Shown here piece after piece: positions 1 to 16,222 of a stretch of 64,000 bases of DNA. The translations under genes and the position numbers were made by a program. Below the pieces are notes generated by a model. The model saw nothing but the letters and a program-made list of their open reading frames with translations. It was not told where the DNA came from and ran no database searches. The stretch comes from the human T2T-CHM13v2.0 reference genome, Homo sapiens. Numbering within the stretch: the first letter of the stretch is position 1; each line of letters begins with the position of its first letter. The DNA lies in assembly GCF_009914755.1 (NCBI RefSeq), contig NC_060931.1; one strand, written 5' to 3'.

Positions 1-364
1 GGACCCCTCCTTCTCTTTTTAGATAGCTGTGCGACCTGGGTGGGTATTTGTAGAGCCGTGGGGGAGGGGCTGGGCAATGCCCTGGCACTGGGGGTGGTGG
101 GGAATTGATGCTGTCTTTGCCTGGCTCAGTGAGGGAGATCAGGGGCTCAGGGAGAATAATAGTTGCCTGAGGGTAATGAATACTTATCAGGACCTTGTCC
201 CTGAGCTGTGTTTCAGAGCATCGTAGTTAATGTGAAAATGTGGCAGACACAGGCCCTGTGTAGGGAGGTGGGCTGTAGGAACAGCCATGACTTGGGCTGG
301 CTGCGGCAAATACCTCCAGGAAAGGGCTGGGGAGGAGAAGGCAGTGGTTCAGATTCATTCTGAC

Positions 365-491
365 TTCCAAGAAGAGGAGGAAGGAAGGAGAGGAGAGGAA
401 ACAGGGGAGGGGGAGGAGGGTAAAGAAGGACAGGGGAAGGAGGAAGAGAGGAAGAAGGGGAAGGAGGGGGAGGCAGAGGAGGAAGAAGAAC
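365..491 (+). repeat. GA-rich low-complexity (polypurine) tract
   Basis: Nearly pure G/A run (gaggaggaaggaaggagaggagagg...). Confidence 0.85.
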
Positions 492-1679
492 TGGGCTGGG
501 TCTCGGTGGCCTGATAGGTGACAGTCAGAGTAGGCTGAGGGGGGACCAGGCCAAGTGGTCCAGGTCTAGGGGTTCAGATTCAGACCTAGGGGTCCAGGTG
601 GACCAGGCTGCAGGTGTGGGCACTGGCCAGGAGGGACAGGGTGGGGCTAGCCTGGCTCGTGCCCATTGGGATGGTGGGCGGAGCTCAGGAGACCCACCCA
701 AGGGTGCTGAGAGAATCTGTTAGGGAGTGACGCCAGACCCAGGGGTGAGGACAGGAGCTGGATGTGGAGAGCAGCTAGGCGAACCTTCAGAGTCCAAGGC
801 AGGGGCAGCTTTAGGGTGAAGGTGCACAGGCCGCCTTAGTCCTCGTGTGACTCCACGTGGTCCCTGGGGCTTGCACCCCTTGGTCACTTATGCCAGGGCT
901 GTCTTTTCACCTGCAGGCAGGTGCAGTTGAGCAGGGTGGCAGAGGGAGGCCTTGGGAAAGTCGCTTTCTTTTGGGCCTCCATCGTCCCATCTCTAAACTG
1001 AGGGAGGTGGTGAAGGAGGCATGATGTTTTTCAGGCCCTTCCCAGGATCAATGCCGACCTGTACTCCAGAATCTGTTGCAGAGCCCAGGCTTGACATGGA
1101 GCTTGGAAGTGCCCACTGGGAGAGAAGGAAAGGAAGGTGGGGATCGGGGACCAGGGCTAAGTGGGGCCACTCCAGCCAGGAGCCCTCAGGGCAAGGAGGT
1201 GAGCCTTGGATGCAGCCCTGCTTGGCAGACCAAGGGTGGGAATTGGAGTGAGGGTGTCAGTGTGAGGCAATGGTGACATGCCACCTGGAGACAGCTCTGT
1301 GGGCAGGTGGCCTGGCTTTGAACCTTGACTCCCCTGCCTTGTCTAAGTGAGGAAGCAGCTGACCCACCCTGCCACAGGGTTTCAGTCTTTAAGTACCTGC
1401 CCTGTCTGGCTGTTGTAGGGCTTGGCGGGTTGGGCCACACTTAGAACAGGGCATTCAGGGAGCACTGGTCAGTACTGAGGGGGGTGGAGAGCCTGGCTGA
1501 AGGGAAAGAGAAATGGGGCAAGGGTCTGCCAGGTAGGTGCCACTGGTTCTGTTTCTGAATGGGGACATTGAGGCTCAGAGGGGCAAGTGAGTGAGTGTCA
1601 GGGTCAGGGGCAGAGCCGAGGTGAGCACCTAGAGCCTTCTGGCTCCTGCTTGCTGCTCTTCCATCCCCCATGCCCTTAC

Positions 1680-1830
1680 TCCTTGGAGTGTGGTCCTCGG
1701 ACCTGCAGAAGGGGCTTGCCTGGAGCTTGCAGAGATGAGTGCTTTGGCCTCCAAGCCTGCTGGACTGGAATCTACATTGCTTGAGGTCTTCAGGTGATGG
1801 CCTGCACATCTGAGTGGAGACACATTGCTT
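1680..1830. mobile_element. MER5-like hAT-Charlie DNA transposon remnant
   Basis: gagtgtggtcctcggacc...ggaatctacatt...caggtgat...gcacat...gagacacattg resembles MER5A. Confidence 0.5.
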
Positions 1831-2464
1831 TCCATCTCTCAGTCTCAGCCTTGACCCCATGTCTGAATCACTTGGAGGTTTTAACAAACATGAATTATTG
1901 GTTTCACACCCCAGAGGCTCCCATGCAATAGGCCTGGGCTGTGGCCTGGGTGAGCCTATTGTGCAGTTGACTCTGCTGGGTCTGTCCTATCTCTGGTGGC
2001 TGCCCTGAAAGATGACAGTGCCCAGAGGAACTAGGGATAGAGCCCCCAAGCCTCAGGGCTTTCTGGGTGGGTTCATGAATGGTGGTCCCTACCAGCCTTA
2101 TAGAAGAATGGCTTCACTTTTGAGTCTCTTATTACTTTTTGGTTCCTTCAAAGCACTTCAGGGTCTAGAGCTGTGCTACAAGAGAACCTGGGGTCAGCAG
2201 CTTGGGATACACAGAAGTGGGAGCTGCTGGTGTCCAGGAAGGAGGCTGTGGTAATGGGGGACAGTCTGATTGTGGAGGAAGAGGGGCAGGTGCTGCCAGC
2301 AGCCAGAGGGTCGTGGAGCAGCAGCTCATGGGTGGGACAAGCTGGAGGCTGGGGTCAGCAGTGGTGGGAATAGGAAGTTGGGGCCCGATGGAAGCTAACC
2401 TTGACAGAGATTTTGTAGGTGCACAATTATTAACCAATGGAAACACACAGAATCAGAATCACTC

Positions 2465-2565
2465 TTTTTTACAGATGGGGAGACAAAGGACCAGAAAGGT
2501 GAAGGGCCCTGCTTGGAGTCACACAGCAAATCAGGAACTAAACAGGATGAGGTCTCTGTCTTCTG
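2465..2565 (-). mobile_element. MIR SINE fragment
   Basis: ttttacagatgggag...gtcacacagc core. Confidence 0.6.
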
Positions 2566-2984
2566 GCTCCGTGCCAGTGGGGCATCTGGAGGGTGGCACG
2601 GTCAAGCTTCAGAAGGACACGGGCCTCCATTCCTGCAGAGATGGTATGGCTTCTCTTGAAGGGACGCCAGCTTCAGTCCTGGCTGATGCTTGCCCAGGAT
2701 TCCATGATGTGAAGGTTCAGAGGGCCTATTTGGGTTAAGTGGGAGAGTACTGTGGCTGAAAACCCACTTCTGCCTTTCTATTAGACTTTAAATAAACTCT
2801 GAAGACCTGTACATCCTGCTCCAACCTTGCCCTGGGTCTACCTTTCCAAAGTCACTTCTTCTTTCCTTTACACCCACAATGGTGTGTACCCCACCCTTCC
2901 ACACACAGTATACCCAGCTCCACTGTGCTCCTGCCTGTGCCCTGGACACCTCTGTTCCTCCTCTGTTCACGTTTTCTAATAGCT

Positions 2985-3900
<916 letters not shown>

Positions 3901-4952
3901 TTTTTTTTGTTTTGTTACTCCAGTGGTTGGTTCAGGGTTTATGGTATACATCTTTAATTCATCAATCTGTCTTCAGGTGACATTACACTGATTCATGGAT
4001 AGCCTAAGAACCTTCCATTTCTCTCCTCCTGAACTTTATGCCATTGCTGTCATATATTTTATTTAAATCAAAGTTATAAATCTCACAATACATGATTATT
4101 ATTTTTTACAGAATTTAGACATTGAGAAAAATTCTATATATTTACTTGCATAGTTAAAATTTCTGATCTCCTCCATTCCTTTGCATAGGTCCATATTGGC
4201 TTCTGATAGGCTTTCCTAAACATTACTTATAGTTTGGGTGTGTGGGTGATATTTCCTTTCACCTTTTGTATGTTTGAAAAAGTTTTTATTATGCCTTAAA
4301 AAGCCAGCATTATTGAGATATAATTCACATGCCACACAATTCACCCATTTAAAGTATACATCAATATTTTTTAGTACATTCCTAGAATTTTGCAACCATC
4401 ACTATACTCAATTATGGAACGTTGTTGTCACCACAAAAATAAACCCCCTACCCATTAGCAGTCACTCCCTATTTCCTCCAACCCCCTTAGCCTTAAGGAA
4501 TCACTAATATGTTTTCTGTCTCTAGATTTGCTTGTTCTGCACATTTAGTGTAAATGGCATCATATAATATGTGAGATTTTGTGACTGGCTTCTCTCACAG
4601 CAGAATGTTTTTAAGGTTCATTCATATAGTGGTATGTTTTAGCACTTCACTCTTTTATGTACAAATAATATTCTATCACATGGGTATACCACATTCTAGC
4701 CATTCATCAGCTGATGGACATTATTTCATCTTTTGGCTATTATGAATAATGCTGTTATGAATCTTCATGTAAAAATCTGTGTGTGAACATGTGCGGTATA
4801 AATTTAGGAGTGGAACTGTGTAGTCATATGGTAACTCTACGTTTAACATTTTGAGAAACTGCTAGACTAGTTTCCAACGTGGCTGCTTCATTTTACATTC
4901 CAATCAGCAGTAGTATATAAAGGTTCCAATTTCTGCATGTCCTCACTGACAC

Positions 4953-5112
4953 TTTTTTTTTTTTTTTCTGAGAGAGGGTCTCATTCTGTTGCCCAGTCTG
5001 GAGTGCAGTGGTGCAGTCATAGCTCACTGCAACCCCGGACTCCTCAAGCCATCCTCCCACTTCAACCTCCCAAATGTCTGGGGTTACAAGTGTGTGCTAT
5101 CACGTCTGACTG
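4953..5112 (-). mobile_element. Alu monomer/FLAM-like fragment
   Basis: Poly-T plus partial Alu consensus. Confidence 0.8.
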
Positions 5113-5496
5113 CCTTTTTGATGATAGCCATTCTGGTGGGTGTGAGTGGTATGTGATTGTGGTTTGATTTGCATTTCCCTGATGGTTAATGATGTTGATT
5201 GTCTTTCATGTGCTTATTGATCATTTATATATATTTTTGTAGAAATGACTATTCATATCCTTTGCCCATTTTTAATTGCTTTATTTTTCCCTTTATTATG
5301 GAGTTGTAAGAATTCTTTATGTAACCTGGGTACAAGTCTTTTATCAGATATACAACTTGCATATATTTTCTTTCATTCAGTGGGTTGTCTTTTCACTCTC
5401 TTGATGCTATCCTTTGAAGTACAGAAGTTTTAAAATTTGACGTGTCTAATTTATCTATTTTTCTTTTGTTTCTTGGGTTTTTGGTGTCATGTATAA

Positions 5497-5690
<194 letters not shown>

Positions 5691-5724
5691 ATCTAAGAGT
5701 TTTATAATTTAGCTCTACATGTAG

Positions 5725-6034
<310 letters not shown>

Positions 6035-6335
6035 TGTGATCCATTTTGAGTTAATTTTCGTGTATGAGGTGAGAAGGGTCCGACTTTATTCTTTGGCAAG
6101 TGTATATCCAGTTGTCGCAGTACCATTTGTTGAAAAGAGTATTCTTTCTCTGGTGAATTGTCTTGGTACCTTTGTAGAAAATCAATTTATCATAAGTGTG
6201 AGGGTGTATTCCTGGACTCTGAATTCTATTCCACTGGTCTATTTATCTAACCTTATGCCAGTACCATGCTATCTTGATTACTGTTGCCATGTTGTAAGTT
6301 GTAAGATTGGGATGTGTGAGTCCTACAACTTTGTT

Positions 6336-6663
<328 letters not shown>

Positions 6664-6868
6664 AACTTTGTTCTTTTTCATGATTGTTTTGGCTATTTTG
6701 TGTCCCTCGCTTTTCCATAGAAACTTTAGGATCAGCTCATCAATTACTGCAATGGGCCAGCTGCGATTTTGATAGGGATTGCATTGAGTTTGTATATCAC
6801 TTTAGGTAGTACTGACATCTTAACAATTAAGTGTTCCAATGTGTTAACATAGGATGTCTTTCTATTTA

Positions 6869-7209
<341 letters not shown>

Positions 7210-8289
7210 TTCTTTCAACAGTGTTTTATACTTTTCGGAGTACAAGTTTTGTACTTTTTAATTATACTTATTACTAAGAATTTTATTATTTTTGATTGTA
7301 TTGGAATTGGAATTGTTTTCTTTGTTTCCTTTTTGGATTATTCATTGCTAGTGCACAGAAATACAACTTATTTTTTTGTGTTAATTTTGTATCCTGCAAC
7401 TTTGCTGAGTTAGTTTATTACCTGTAACAGTCTCTCTCTGTGTGTGCCTGTATGTTGATTCTTTCAGATTTTCTAAGTATAAAATCGTGTCATCTGTGAT
7501 AGAGATAGTTTTACTTCTTCCTATCTAACTTGGATGCCTTTTATTTCACTTCTTGCTTAATTGCTCTGGCTAGAACTTCCAGTAATTATGTTGAATAGAA
7601 GTGGTGAAACCTGGCATCCTTGTTTTGTTCCTGATCTTAAAGGATAGCTTTGTCTTTCATCATTGGTTATGTTAACTCTGGGCATTTCATATATGGTCAT
7701 TATCATGTTGAGGAAATTCCATTCCATTCCATTCCTAATATATTGAGTGTTTTTTAATCATGAAAAGACATTGGATTTTGTCAAATGCTTTTTCTGCATC
7801 AATTGAGATGATCGTGTGGTTCCCCCCTTCGTTTATTAATGTGATATATTACATGAATTGACGTTCTTATGTTGAACCACCCTTGCATTCCTGAGATAAA
7901 ACCTTCTTGGTCATGGTGTATAATCCTTTTTATATGTTGCTGGATTAAGTTTGCTAGTATCGAAGGTTTTTACGTATATATTCAGAAGCAATATTGGCCT
8001 ATAGATTTCTTTTCTTATGATGTCTTTGGTTTTGCTGTCAAGATTATACTGGCTTCAGAGAATGAGTTGGAAGATGGGGAAGTGCTGCTTGCTCTATTTT
8101 CTGGAAGAGTTTGTGAATGATTTCTGTTAATTCTTCTTTCAGTGTTTGGTAGAATTTGCCAGAGAAGCCTCTATACCTGGGATTATCTTTGGGAGAAATT
8201 TTAAAATTAAGAATTCAGTCTCTTTATTTAGTATAGACCTATTTAGATTTTTGATGTCTTCTTGAACCAATTTCAGTAGTTTATGTCTT

Positions 8290-8712
8290 TAATAGTTTCC
8301 TAGGTTGTAACAAAGTACCATAATCTGGGTGACTTAAAACCCGTTCTGGAGGCTGGAAGAACCCAGGTGCTGGGCACTCCTTCCCAGCCTTTCCTGAACT
8401 TCTGGTGGCCCCAGGTGTTCCTTGGCTTGCAGTAGCATCACTCCCATCTCTGCCTCCATCTTCACACTGTTGTCTTCTCCCTGAATGTCTTCACCTCATC
8501 TTCTTTCTGTGTGTGTCTTTCTCTGTGTTCATATTTCTCCTTTTTGTAAGAATATACCAGTCATGTTGGATTAGGTCTACCCAAATGACCTAGTTTTAAC
8601 TTGATTACCTCAGTTGAGACCCTATTTCCAAGTAAGGTCAGAATCTGAGGTGTACTAGGGGTTAGGACTTCAATATATCTTTTTTAGGGGAGATGCAATT
8701 CATTCCATAACA
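8290..8712. mobile_element. MLT1 (ERVL-MaLR) solo LTR
   Basis: gtaacaaagtaccat...ggtgacttaaaac...gttctggaggctggaag...ggttaggacttca...ccataaca. Confidence 0.85.
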
Positions 8713-9107
8713 ATGCCTTATTAGGAATTTGTCCATTTCATTGACATTATCTAATTTGTTGGCATATAGCAGTTCATAGTATTTGCATATAATCTTTTTT
8801 ATTTCTCTAACACAGGTAGTGATATAGTGATATCTCCTCTTTCATCCCTGATTTAGTAATTTGAGTCTCTCTCTTTTCTTCCTGGTAAGTCTAGTTAAAG
8901 GTTTGTCAATTTGTTGATCTTTTAAAAGCTTTTTTTTTTTAATGAGCTTTTGATTTTGTTGATTTTTTTTCTATTTTGTAGTTCATTAATTTCTCCTCTA
9001 ATCTTAATTTCTTCCTTTCTTCTGCTGTCTTTAAGCTTAGTTTGATCTTCTTTGTCTGGTGCCTTAGGGTGGAAGGCTGGGTAATTGATTTGAGATCTTT
9101 CTTCTTT

Positions 9108-9708
9108 ATTATTTTATTATTTATTTATTTATTTTTGAGACGGAGTCTTGCTCTGTCACCTAGGCTGGAGTGCAATGGCGCAATCTTGGCTACTGCAACC
9201 TCTGCCTCCTGGGTTCAAGCGATTCTCCTGCCTCAGCCTCTCGAGTAGCTAGGACTACAGGTGCATGCCACCATGCTTGGCTAATTTTTTGTATTTTTAC
9301 TAGAGATGGGGTTTCACTGTGTTAGCCAGGATGATCTCGGTCTCCTGACCTCATGATCTGCTCGCCTCGGCCTTCCAAAGTGCTGGGATTACAGGCGTGA
9401 GCCTCTGCGCCCGGCCTTATTTTATTTATTTATTTATTTTTTAGAGACAGAGTCTTGCTGTGTCACCCAGGCTGGAGTGCAATGGTGTGATCATGGCTCA
9501 TTTCAGCCTTGAACTCTTAGGCTCAAGTGTTCCTCCCACCTCAGTCTCCCTGTTGGCTGGGACTGCAGGTGTGCCACTATGCCTGGCTAATTAAAAAAAT
9601 TTTATTTTATAGAGATGAAGGTTTCACAATGGTGCCCAGGCTGGTCAGGAACTCCCAGCAACAAGCCATCCCACCTGGGATTCTAAGAGTGAGTCACCAT
9701 GTCCAGCC
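9108..9708 (-). mobile_element. Two tandem Alus (AluS 9108-9416, AluJ-like 9417-9708)
   Basis: Alu consensus with (TTTA)n tails. Confidence 0.9.
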
Positions 9709-9740
9709 TTTTTTTTTTTAATATAAGTTTTTACAACTAA

Positions 9741-10242
<502 letters not shown>

Positions 10243-10379
10243 TGATTTCTAATTTTATTCCATTGTGGTCAGAGGACATTTATATAATCCTTTAAAATCT
10301 ATTCAGGCTTTAACAAAGTCTCATGTCTTTTTTGATTTTTTTTCTTTTTTTAAAAATTATTTTAGTCTAATAAAAAATT

Positions 10380-10550
10380 ATTTTATTTATTGTTATTATT
10401 TTTTGAGACAAGGTCTTGCTCTGTCACCCGGGCTGTAGTGCAGTGGCATGATCATGGCTCACTGTAGCCTCAGACTCCTGGGTTTGAGCAATCCTTCCAC
10501 CTCAGCCTCCCAAAGTGATGGGATTACAGGTGTGGGATGCCACGCCTGCC
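10380..10550 (-). mobile_element. Alu monomer (FRAM/FLAM-like)
   Basis: Partial Alu consensus. Confidence 0.8.
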
Positions 10551-11213
10551 TCCATTGTTTTTGACAACACCCTCAGGCATGGACTTCTGTTCTGTTCCAA
10601 ATATAGTCAATCCCTTCTGCAACAGCTATGGAAATATCTGTCTCTTCTTACAGCCTGCCTCTTCCCCTGGGCAGGACCTGGCACTGTATTGGACTGGGGG
10701 ATAGGACAATGGCCTGCTTCTACCAGAATGACATCTCTGCTCCACAAGCAGGCACCCATGAGGGACACTGTAGTTCCTGATTTTGGCTTGCTCCTCCCAT
10801 TGTGGAGCCTCCACCCTACCAGTGAGCTGGGGTGGGGTGGTTGGGGCCCCAGTACTCTTGGCCTGCCATGCCTGGTGCAGAACCTCCACCTTAGAAGTGG
10901 GGACTGGGCGGGGCAGGGAGCCTCAGTTCTCTAGGCCTCATCTGCCCAGAAAGAAGAGACCTCCTGCAACCTGGAGCTGGGAGGGACATGCCTGCTTGTC
11001 CCAGGGTGAAACTGTAGCCCAGGACTGGGAGCTGGGGTAGAGAGAACCTCCATTTGTGGTTGCACCCACTGGAGTACAGGCTCTACAGCCAGAGGTAGGG
11101 TGTGGAGTGGGAACAGGTTGTAGCTCAAATGTCACAGATTCTCACTATTCTTCCCGAGATGTGGTAGATTTTCTTGAATAACCTTCTTCATTTGATGTGT
11201 GCCCTTAGGATGA

Positions 11214-11495
<282 letters not shown>

Positions 11496-12961
11496 TGATT
11501 GTGAGCTGCTTGTTTTCCTTGGGAAGTTAATTATGGCAGCTTTCTGAGGGCTGCAATGATGGTGCCTCCTTCTGAGAGGGTTTGGGTTTATTTGCTCCTG
11601 CGGGGGCCTGTCCATGATGATCAGTTTAAACTTGGGGTTTCCCTGGGTCCATCCAGGTCATGTGAATTTGGGCTGTGAATCCACAAGAAGGTCAGCCTTG
11701 CTTATGACTTCTCAGAGAGGGGTCCCCCTCCCTGCTCAGTGCCAGGTCCCATTCCTCCTACTTGGCCGAGGGTGAAGAGTTATTTCTGGTTCACCTACCT
11801 CTGAATGTCAGTTTATGGGGCCTTTCATTAGACTTCTCATCTTGGCCTTTATCCACCCCCAGTTTTCCAGGCTGGGAAGATGCCTCCAGGGCAACAAATC
11901 CATGGCCCTCTGGGTTTCACTCCATCTAGTCTTTAGCTTGATAATTTCTTGCCATCTTGTCAGCTCCTTGATGATTTTATGAATGTATGGTTTATATTTT
12001 ATCCAGGCTTTCAGTTGTTTTCAGTAGAAAGTTTGTCCAGACGTCTGCCATATGACTGGACATGGAAGTGTGTCCGCTTATCTTCTCTACAAGGATATAG
12101 TGAGGCTTGTATAAGCCTTTTACAAAATCCACACTATAGCTGCAAGCGGTGTCCATCAGAAGCTGTGGGTGGTGCCCAGGTGTCAGGACCCTGGGCTATT
12201 GTCCAGGCTGCCGCTAACAAACTGGGATTTTGGGTGAAAAATGTGGCCTCTCTAATATTGCTTTTGTGGAAGGAAGGACACATGCCTTGAGGTGCCTGTG
12301 GGGACCAAGTGGGCTTCTCCCTATGAAGGTCCCAGCTGTGTCTGTGGACAGCTGAGCAGGAGGTGGTGGGCAGTGGTTTTTACGTCCAAGTTTCCCAGTG
12401 CCCAGTGAGCCCTGATGGGCTTTGGGAAGTGGAGGAAACCCCAGCATGGAGCTGACTGCCCACTGGGGGAAAGCTGTAGCTTTCCCTGTAGCCTCTGTAG
12501 GCTTCTGCCACTTCTGATAGTGTGGGGAGGACTGCAAGGAGCAGGGCTGATCATCCAGGGCACCTGCTTTCCCTTGGGGACTGTCAGCAGCTTTGCCCAC
12601 AGCTCACACTGCTTCAACTGCTACCATCCTGGGGTCCTCACACTCATGGCACAAATGCTGCTGTGGACCTCCTGACACCAGGCCTGAGCTGGGAGGAGGG
12701 CAGACACATATAGCAGAGCCTCGACAGCAGGGGAGCAGTGGGGCCCAGTTGCCAAGGAGAGGGGTGAGGTGGGGGTGTTGGTGGGGGCTGTGGATTTCCT
12801 CCTAGGGAGATGGGAGTGGGCACTCCCAGCTGAGGAAATGGACAAGGCCCAGTGAGAGCAGACAGGATGGGGAGCACCGTGCTTTGGCTGGAGGAGTGAG
12901 CCAGGAGGGTCTTGGGTACCGTGGGTGAAGACAGCAGGCCCGGCATGCACAGATGACTACC

Positions 12962-13045
12962 CCAAAGCTGTGTGACCCTGGGAGACACTTAACCTTTCTG
13001 GGCATCAGCCTCTCCATCTGTGTAGTGGGTGTTATAGTGCCCTTG
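12962..13045 (+). mobile_element. MIR fragment
   Basis: gctgtgtgaccctggga...cttaacc...ctccatctgt core. Confidence 0.65.
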
Positions 13046-14899
13046 GGGTCTGCTGTGATGTCTGGGACAGATGACAGGGGCCTAAGGGCCAGGGAAAGTA
13101 CAGGCTGGGTCCTCAGGGACCTCCTGACTCCCATGGCCTCAGCAAGCCCTCATGTGTGCGGCTGGCCACTGTCCCCACACTGGCTGCTGTTCTTGGTCCA
13201 TCTCTGGGCCATTGACTGGTATTTGCTGAAGCCATGTTGCTTTGGGCACCTGGACCCATCTTGCTCCACGCTCCTTCTGCTACCCGGGCAGCTCAAGTCC
13301 TCTTAGGTGATCCCGATGGGGCCTGTGCATTTTTTATCCCCCTATAGCCACTGCACCATCCCTTTCAGTGGTCCTGATGCAGCCCTGGTCATGTCCCCTT
13401 CCCGCCACTGACATCGGAGCTCAGGTCTCCTTCTGACTGTGGCTGCCTGTATGCGCAGCCCCTATATGGCCTGTGCATCTTGGTGAGACTTCCTGACACT
13501 CTGTCCTGGGTTCTGCCCCATCTATTATATGCTCTATCTTCAGTCACTCCCCTAGTTGGACTGAGATCCCTGTGTCTTCCTCTTGCCCCCTGGAACCCAG
13601 ATGGCAGGTCCTGAAGACAGGAACCAGACCCTCTCCCTCTCCCCTTGTCCAAGGATCCAACACAGTCCGCAACACATGATAGCGGTGGTCCAGGATGTTT
13701 TGCTAAATCTTTGGATAAATTTCACTGGGTTGACAGTGGGTACTGAGCCACCATCTCCATGTGCAGACCCTGTGGGACCATGTGGGGGACCTGTGCTACA
13801 TGCAGGGATGGGACAGACACAGAATGAGCACATGGCCTTTCTGTGAAGAGAGGTGAGCACCCCAGAGGCTCACTCAGGGGTTGGGGCCCTAAGTGGGATG
13901 TGTGGCCTTTCAGAGAATCCAGGCCTGCAGCTGTGCTGATGAGACAAGCGAACGTGGGGGTCAGGGACATTCCAGGTGCTGGAAACCATGCAGAGTGGCC
14001 AGAAGGCCCTGAAACACCTGTTCTGGGAGAGCCAGTCACTGACCCTGTGTCCAGGGGCCATGGTGGTGACTTCACCCAGCCTGTGTCCTTGCCATCTGCT
14101 TACACATGGCAGCAGGCTGACCACTGAGCCACAGCCTGTGTGCTTCCCATCTCCAGGGTTCTCTGGGGCCTCAAGATGCCCTGGGTCCTGGGGAAGCTTG
14201 CATGGACAGAAGGGGAGATGTGAGTGCCTACACAGGCTTCTCAGACCACCTGCTGGGACCTGCAAGTCCCCTGTCCAACTTTACCAGCTGTGACCCCCAG
14301 GGGCCCTTCTCAGTGCTGTCAGCCTGGATTCTGAGGTATAGGTTTGGGCAGTCACGAAGGGAAGAAGGTGCCTTGAGTCTGGGAACCCACGACCCTGAAC
14401 AGCTGGCAAGCCCTTTTGTGTTCTCCTCTGTGGGGTTCCAGCTAACACCTGTCCTCTGTATGTGCTCCAGGTGTTCTGCTGCAGGTGGGGGTGGGCTGAG
14501 CATGCCAGTTCCCTTAACCCTGGGATCTGGACCCCTCCAGCCTTCCTTTGGCCTTAGGCAAGCCACTCCCTTTTGCTGGCATCAGACGCTTGTTCAACCA
14601 AGGGGCTTCCAGGGTCTTCCCTAATGTTAGCATTAAGCAGGCTATGACTCTTGAGGAGTGTCTGGGGCGCTGTGTTCTGGTGGAGCAGGTCCCTGCACCA
14701 GAAAGTGGTCCTGTCTAAACCTGCCATTTCCATATTAAAGTGACTTATTCAGCACTTGCTCAGTGCCCAGGGTGAGCCACACATGGAAGAAGATCAGACT
14801 CTGAAATGCTCACTGCTTTCTCTATCATTCAGCCAAGACTTATTGAGGGAATGAATGAATGATACGTTCCTGGAGGTGGCACTGAGCATTTCAGACTAA

Positions 14900-15012
14900 G
14901 TTAGCCAGCTCAACCTCCTTGTGAGGTGGGGCCTGTATCCCTCATCTTGCGGATGGGGAAACTGAGGTTGAGCTGGTAACCAGTGAAGTGTGGGTGTGAG
15001 CCAGGTCTGTCC
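14900..15012 (-). mobile_element. MIR fragment
   Basis: gatggggaaactgagg core. Confidence 0.6.
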
Positions 15013-15089
15013 CATGTCAATCTGGAACCATTTTCTTATCTGCTTCTTCATGGTATTTCCTCTAGCCCAGCACCAGCCGCCGGAACACA

Positions 15090-15252
15090 GATGACAGGGC
15101 TGTGTACACACATGCTCATGTATGCATACACATATGCACTAAGATATAGATGGCAGGGCTGTGTACCTACACACACACACACACACACACACACACCAAG
15201 ACACAGACAGCAGGGCTGTGCGTGCACACACACACACACACCCGAGACACAT
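15090..15252. repeat. Compound (CA)n microsatellite with three cagggctgtg anchor units
   Basis: cagggctgtg at about 15095, 15154 and 15211, each followed by CA runs. Confidence 0.85.
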
Positions 15253-16089
15253 ATGCCTGGGGTCTCTCTTGAGTATATGATGAGCACCAAAGCAGAGGTC
15301 AGGTGAGGGAAGTTTAGGAGCAGGGAGGTCCTGTCGTCTGGAAATGGGATGACCGTGGAGACAGGCCCTGAAGGACAGGGGGCATTGCTCAGTGGGAGGG
15401 AGGATGTTCCCCATGGGGAAATGTGTGGAGCAAAGGCATGAGGAGGAAGGGGAGGGGATGTTTTGGTGGGCAGAGGTTGGGAAGGGCAGTGGGGAAATCC
15501 TGGGACAAGCAGCTTGTGTCAGACCCTGAGAAAGTCCAAAGGACTCATTCCCATTGCTGGGAACATGAGTCCCTGCAGTGGCCTCAGCCCCTGGTTTCCC
15601 AGAATTGGAGGGGGTCTTTGACTGGGAGGGGTTGGTCTTTACTGGCCTGGAGCCCTCCTCTGCCGCCCCTGCAGGCAGTGGGATGGTCCCCAGGTCTTAG
15701 AGTCCTCAGGATGTTCCCAGGCCCCTGGGACTCCTAAGCTGGAACTGGAGCCTCTTTGCCAGCCCTGATCTGCCTGAGACCCTCTCACCACCTCCCAAGG
15801 AGTTTGGCCCAGGGTTTCACTGCCTGACCCCTGCCTGTGCCACTGCCTGTGAGGCGGTGAAGTGAAAAGGTGGACTTGTCCTGTCTTGGGGACAGGTCCC
15901 TGTGTGGAGCCTCCTTTCTGCACTGACAGGTAGGTCAGGGTGAAGGGTGAAGGACTCCGCTGGAACGGTCTCAGGCTTGCAAACGGAGCCTTGCTAGTGA
16001 GTACTCAAGTTATGGCCCCTTGGGCCTCCCCTGTCCTGGCATCCCCAGTGTGAACTGTAGTGGAATTCTTATGGCTGTCCCCTCTCCAG

Positions 16090-16222
16090 GTGGGTGTCCC
16101 AGAGCAGGCGGCTGCAACGAGACAGGCATGTTGGAGAGGCTGCCCCTGTGTGGGAAGGCTTTCGCAGACATGATGGGCAAGGTGGACGTCTGGAAGTGGT
16201 GCAACCTGTCCGAGTTCATCGT
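16090..16222 (+). CDS. RAMP3: RAMP3 coding exon 2 (133 nt, phase 1 to phase 2): (G)GCPRAGGCNETGMLERLPLCGKAFADMMGKVDVWKWCNLSEFI(V)
   Basis: Translation matches the RAMP3 extracellular domain. Pyrimidine tract plus AG acceptor at 16088-16089, GTGAGT donor at 16223-16228. N-glycosylation sequons NET and NLS. Confidence 0.98.

Noticed and set aside
287-514. E/G/K-rich 75-aa ORF
   Set aside because: Translation of a GA low-complexity tract.
2202-2738. 178-aa ORF in intron 1
   Set aside because: Non-ATG start, overlaps a MIR, no recognisable domain or clear splice sites.
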